This document shows, in pieces, positions 61,867-64,000 of a DNA stretch of 64,000 nucleotides. Source of the stretch: Zygnema circumcarinatum SAG 698-1b (lineage: Eukaryota > Plantae > Zygnematophyceae). The stretch lies in contig CM074804.1 in the NCBI GenBank assembly GCA_037447605.1, forward strand, positions 5,805,909 through 5,869,908, in the 5' to 3' direction. How positions within the stretch are numbered: position 1 is the stretch's first letter; every line of letters begins with the position of its first letter. Both the position numbers and the translations under genes were made by a program. The notes below the pieces were generated by a model, which saw only the letters and a program-made list of their open reading frames with translations, did no database searches and was not told where the DNA came from.

Positions 61867-62717
61867 AACGAAAAAATTGCAGTTGGCATAATATTCTGCT
61901 TGCTGCTGCTTCCAAGTGGGAGGAAAGGCGGAGACTCCGACAACTGGCGAGGAGGTCACGGTCTGCAGTCCCCTCGCTGTAGAGATTAGGATTGCGAGAG
62001 AGCCACTGGCGAACTCGGCTCAGCTTCTGCGGGGTACGGGCTTGTCAGCCAAAGTCAGATGCATTCTTCATGTGAGAGGCGGCCCCTCATGTCCTACTTC
62101 CTGTTGGTTATGGCCCCCGAGTTTTTTTTTATAAATCACGGACAGCTTCACTGAAGTCACGCGTTGGGAAATTTTCTGTCCCCTGTCAACAACTGTCCGC
62201 TGATGTAGCGTCAAGAATTACTTGGACATTTCATTCTCAGCAGGTCACGATTTTTTGACCGAATGGTTGTTACCAGCAGTGCTGCTCTATTATCGGAAAA
62301 GTTCATCTCCAAAAGGAAATATGCAGACACAATCCACCTCCTCTCAAACATCGATTTACAGAAACATCGTGAAGCGCTGTAGCGGTGCAATCTCCAGCAT
62401 TAACGTATGCAACCCACGCGCTTTTTTCAAGGGAGGTTGCCAAGGGTCAAATGAGCTTTCGGGCGCAATGTCGTTTCGCACAGCTGCTGTGAATCTCGTG
62501 AGGGGCGTCGATTTGCTTGTCTCGTGTCGAGTTCAAAGGCGATGCAAGATGTGTGAGCGCCTTAGCAAGAACACGCGCTTGTACATCATGCAGTAGCCGG
62601 CACAGCGAACAATCGAATACGGACGGACCATAGTTGCGAGAGGTGTGGAATGGCCTTTGGCCTGGGCCCTACCCCTACTATCAATTAGGTTGACACACAA
62701 GAATTAAAGGGGAAGGG

Positions 62718-62769
62718 AAGTGGCATTGATCTCACGATGGCGAGGATGCCATCAAATGTACTTGGACAA
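62718..62769 (-). mobile_element. CRE-like retroelement 3'-end remnant (copy I; 6-nt hairpin loop)
   Basis: Plus-strand GTGGCATTGATCTCACGATGGCGAGGATGCCATCAAATGTACTTGGACAA. Confidence 0.75.
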
Positions 62770-63832
62770 CGGCGGCCGTACGGACGAGCAAGTGAGGGCG
62801 CGCCAGATTCGGCAAAATCCGCAGACGGGCGGTGAATGCGGAATGATTGAATTTGCTGAAACTAAAATAACATTCCGTACGGTCCGTAATGCCTAGCCAG
62901 CCTGCGTTGCTGTCCAGTACGGTCAGCCGTACGGTGTAATTAATAACCAACCGAATGCGGTGGGCGGTCTTCCCCCGTCGATGCGCGATCCAGCGCGCGG
63001 TCGGTCCTGCACCGCTCGATGGCGAGGGGACGACCACTGCGCGCGCCTCCACGACAGCGCTGCGTCGTCGGACTGTGCACACGCGCTGATCGCACGGCCC
63101 ACAGTGCGCGATGGGCGAGCGAGAGCACGCCCCTCCCTCTCGCGCCTGTGGGGGTGGGAGCAGGCAGAGTGGGCAGAACTGAATGTCCAGCGAAGGGCCC
63201 TTGCTGGCTGCGTCACAGAGCAGTGCAGCACCTCACCTTCATCCCATCCCATCCCATGTCCTGCTCTGCCTACGGCAACATTGCAAACCCAGTCAACGAA
63301 AGCAGGAGATACAGGAAAGCATCTCGGCCAAGTCTTATAGAACAAGCGGGAGCAGAGGAGGTGAGCAGCCAGATTTATTGCCTCAAATGTCTTCCACGCC
63401 GGTCCCACTGTGCGCGTGCACCGCACTTATGGCTGAAGTCACTCATCTACAGGGCAGGGTGAAAGCGAGGCGGAGCCAAGAGCTCCTCCCCGTCCTTCCT
63501 TATCCTACCTGCGACCTGAGGCTCACACTTCCTGGAAAGGTAAGGGGCGATAGCGGCTCCAAGGAAACAGGGCTATGCAAAATAACCTACATACTGAAAC
63601 GAACAGAAGCGCAGCAGCATCCCTATCCTGCCACTTTCGACAAGAGCCTAGTGCTCCAATGTCTGTCTGACAACAGCTTCTGGCCGAGCCCTGGCACAAT
63701 GCAATGGCAGTGTCAGGGACCGGACCCACCGCAAATTAAATTATCTGTAGCCTGCAATGAAATTGTTGAACACCTATCTACCAGGACCCGCTAACGCCAC
63801 GATACAAGAATATCCTATTGGTCATTCACAGA

Positions 63833-64000
63833 ATGGAGGTCCACCGGCTGTGCGCTGCATCTCCTACGCGCGGCCCTGTCCTCAGCCCTCACGCCCTGTT
63901 CGCTAGGAGTCTGCCTGCGCCTCTCCCTCGCCTTGCCGTCCTCCCCCTCCCTCCCCCAATCCCATCCGATCCAGCTTCTCCACCTCAGCGGCACCCCCTG
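63833..64000 (+). CDS. Possible first exon (transit-peptide-like) of a gene running off the window
   Basis: The ATG at 63833 opens a stop-free Pro/Ala/Ser-rich frame (MEVHRLCAASPTRGPVLSP...) to the window end, with ATTGG just upstream. No homology recognised. Confidence 0.3.
   Translation, partial: MEVHRLCAASPTRGPVLSPHALFARSLPAPLPRLAVLPLPPPIPSDPASPPQRHPL

Noticed and set aside
2684-62769. Recurring hairpin motif as a CRISPR repeat or integron attC-like cassette site
   Set aside because: Copies are kilobases apart, in both orientations, some intronic, with variable 5' extensions. One is physically joined to an RT ORF and flanked by a TSD. No cas or integrase gene is present and the context is eukaryotic.
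63183-63794. 203-aa plus-strand ORF and 167-aa minus-strand ORF near the right edge
   Set aside because: No domain motifs or consistent splice structure. They overlap GC-rich repeat-like sequence.
1-64000. tRNA, rRNA, snRNA or snoRNA genes
   Set aside because: No cloverleaf/T-loop context or recognisable snRNA sequence found by eye. tRNAscan-SE and Infernal would be needed to exclude small intronic ncRNAs.

Overview
Eukaryotic, intron-rich (GT-AG) gene-dense window. Gene content is plant-type and intron style suggests a streptophyte green alga or early plant, which is my inference. It holds 11 multi-exon housekeeping genes: SEND1/GEN-like nuclease, NAK/AAK1-like kinase, DBP6/DDX51-like helicase, BCP1, an HTH+RRM protein, a CinA-like/NadD-like nucleotidyltransferase, a SPRING1/C12orf49-like protein, tryptophan synthase beta, ERdj3B, SYP81 and TOP1. 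A possible 12th gene starts at the right edge. Ten of the 11 genes sit in head-to-head pairs. Intergenic islands are transposon-derived. The strongest non-gene signal is a ~45-nt motif (GTCCATGTACATTT-GATGGC-nTC-GCCATC-GTGAGwTCAATG) found 9 times plus one degenerate candidate. A nested, TSD-flanked copy at 53139-53882 links this motif to an RT fragment and shows it is the 3' end of a CRE-like non-LTR retrotransposon family. Also present: a 1.64-kb MULE-like TIR element with 8-bp TSD, a near-perfect 285-bp tandem duplication, GTAC-dense and AACCA/TGGTT palindrome arrays, a short telomere-like repeat and two N10 assembly gaps. I saw no tRNA, rRNA or CRISPR. Exon structures were read by eye, so CDS coordinates give the start-to-stop span including introns.
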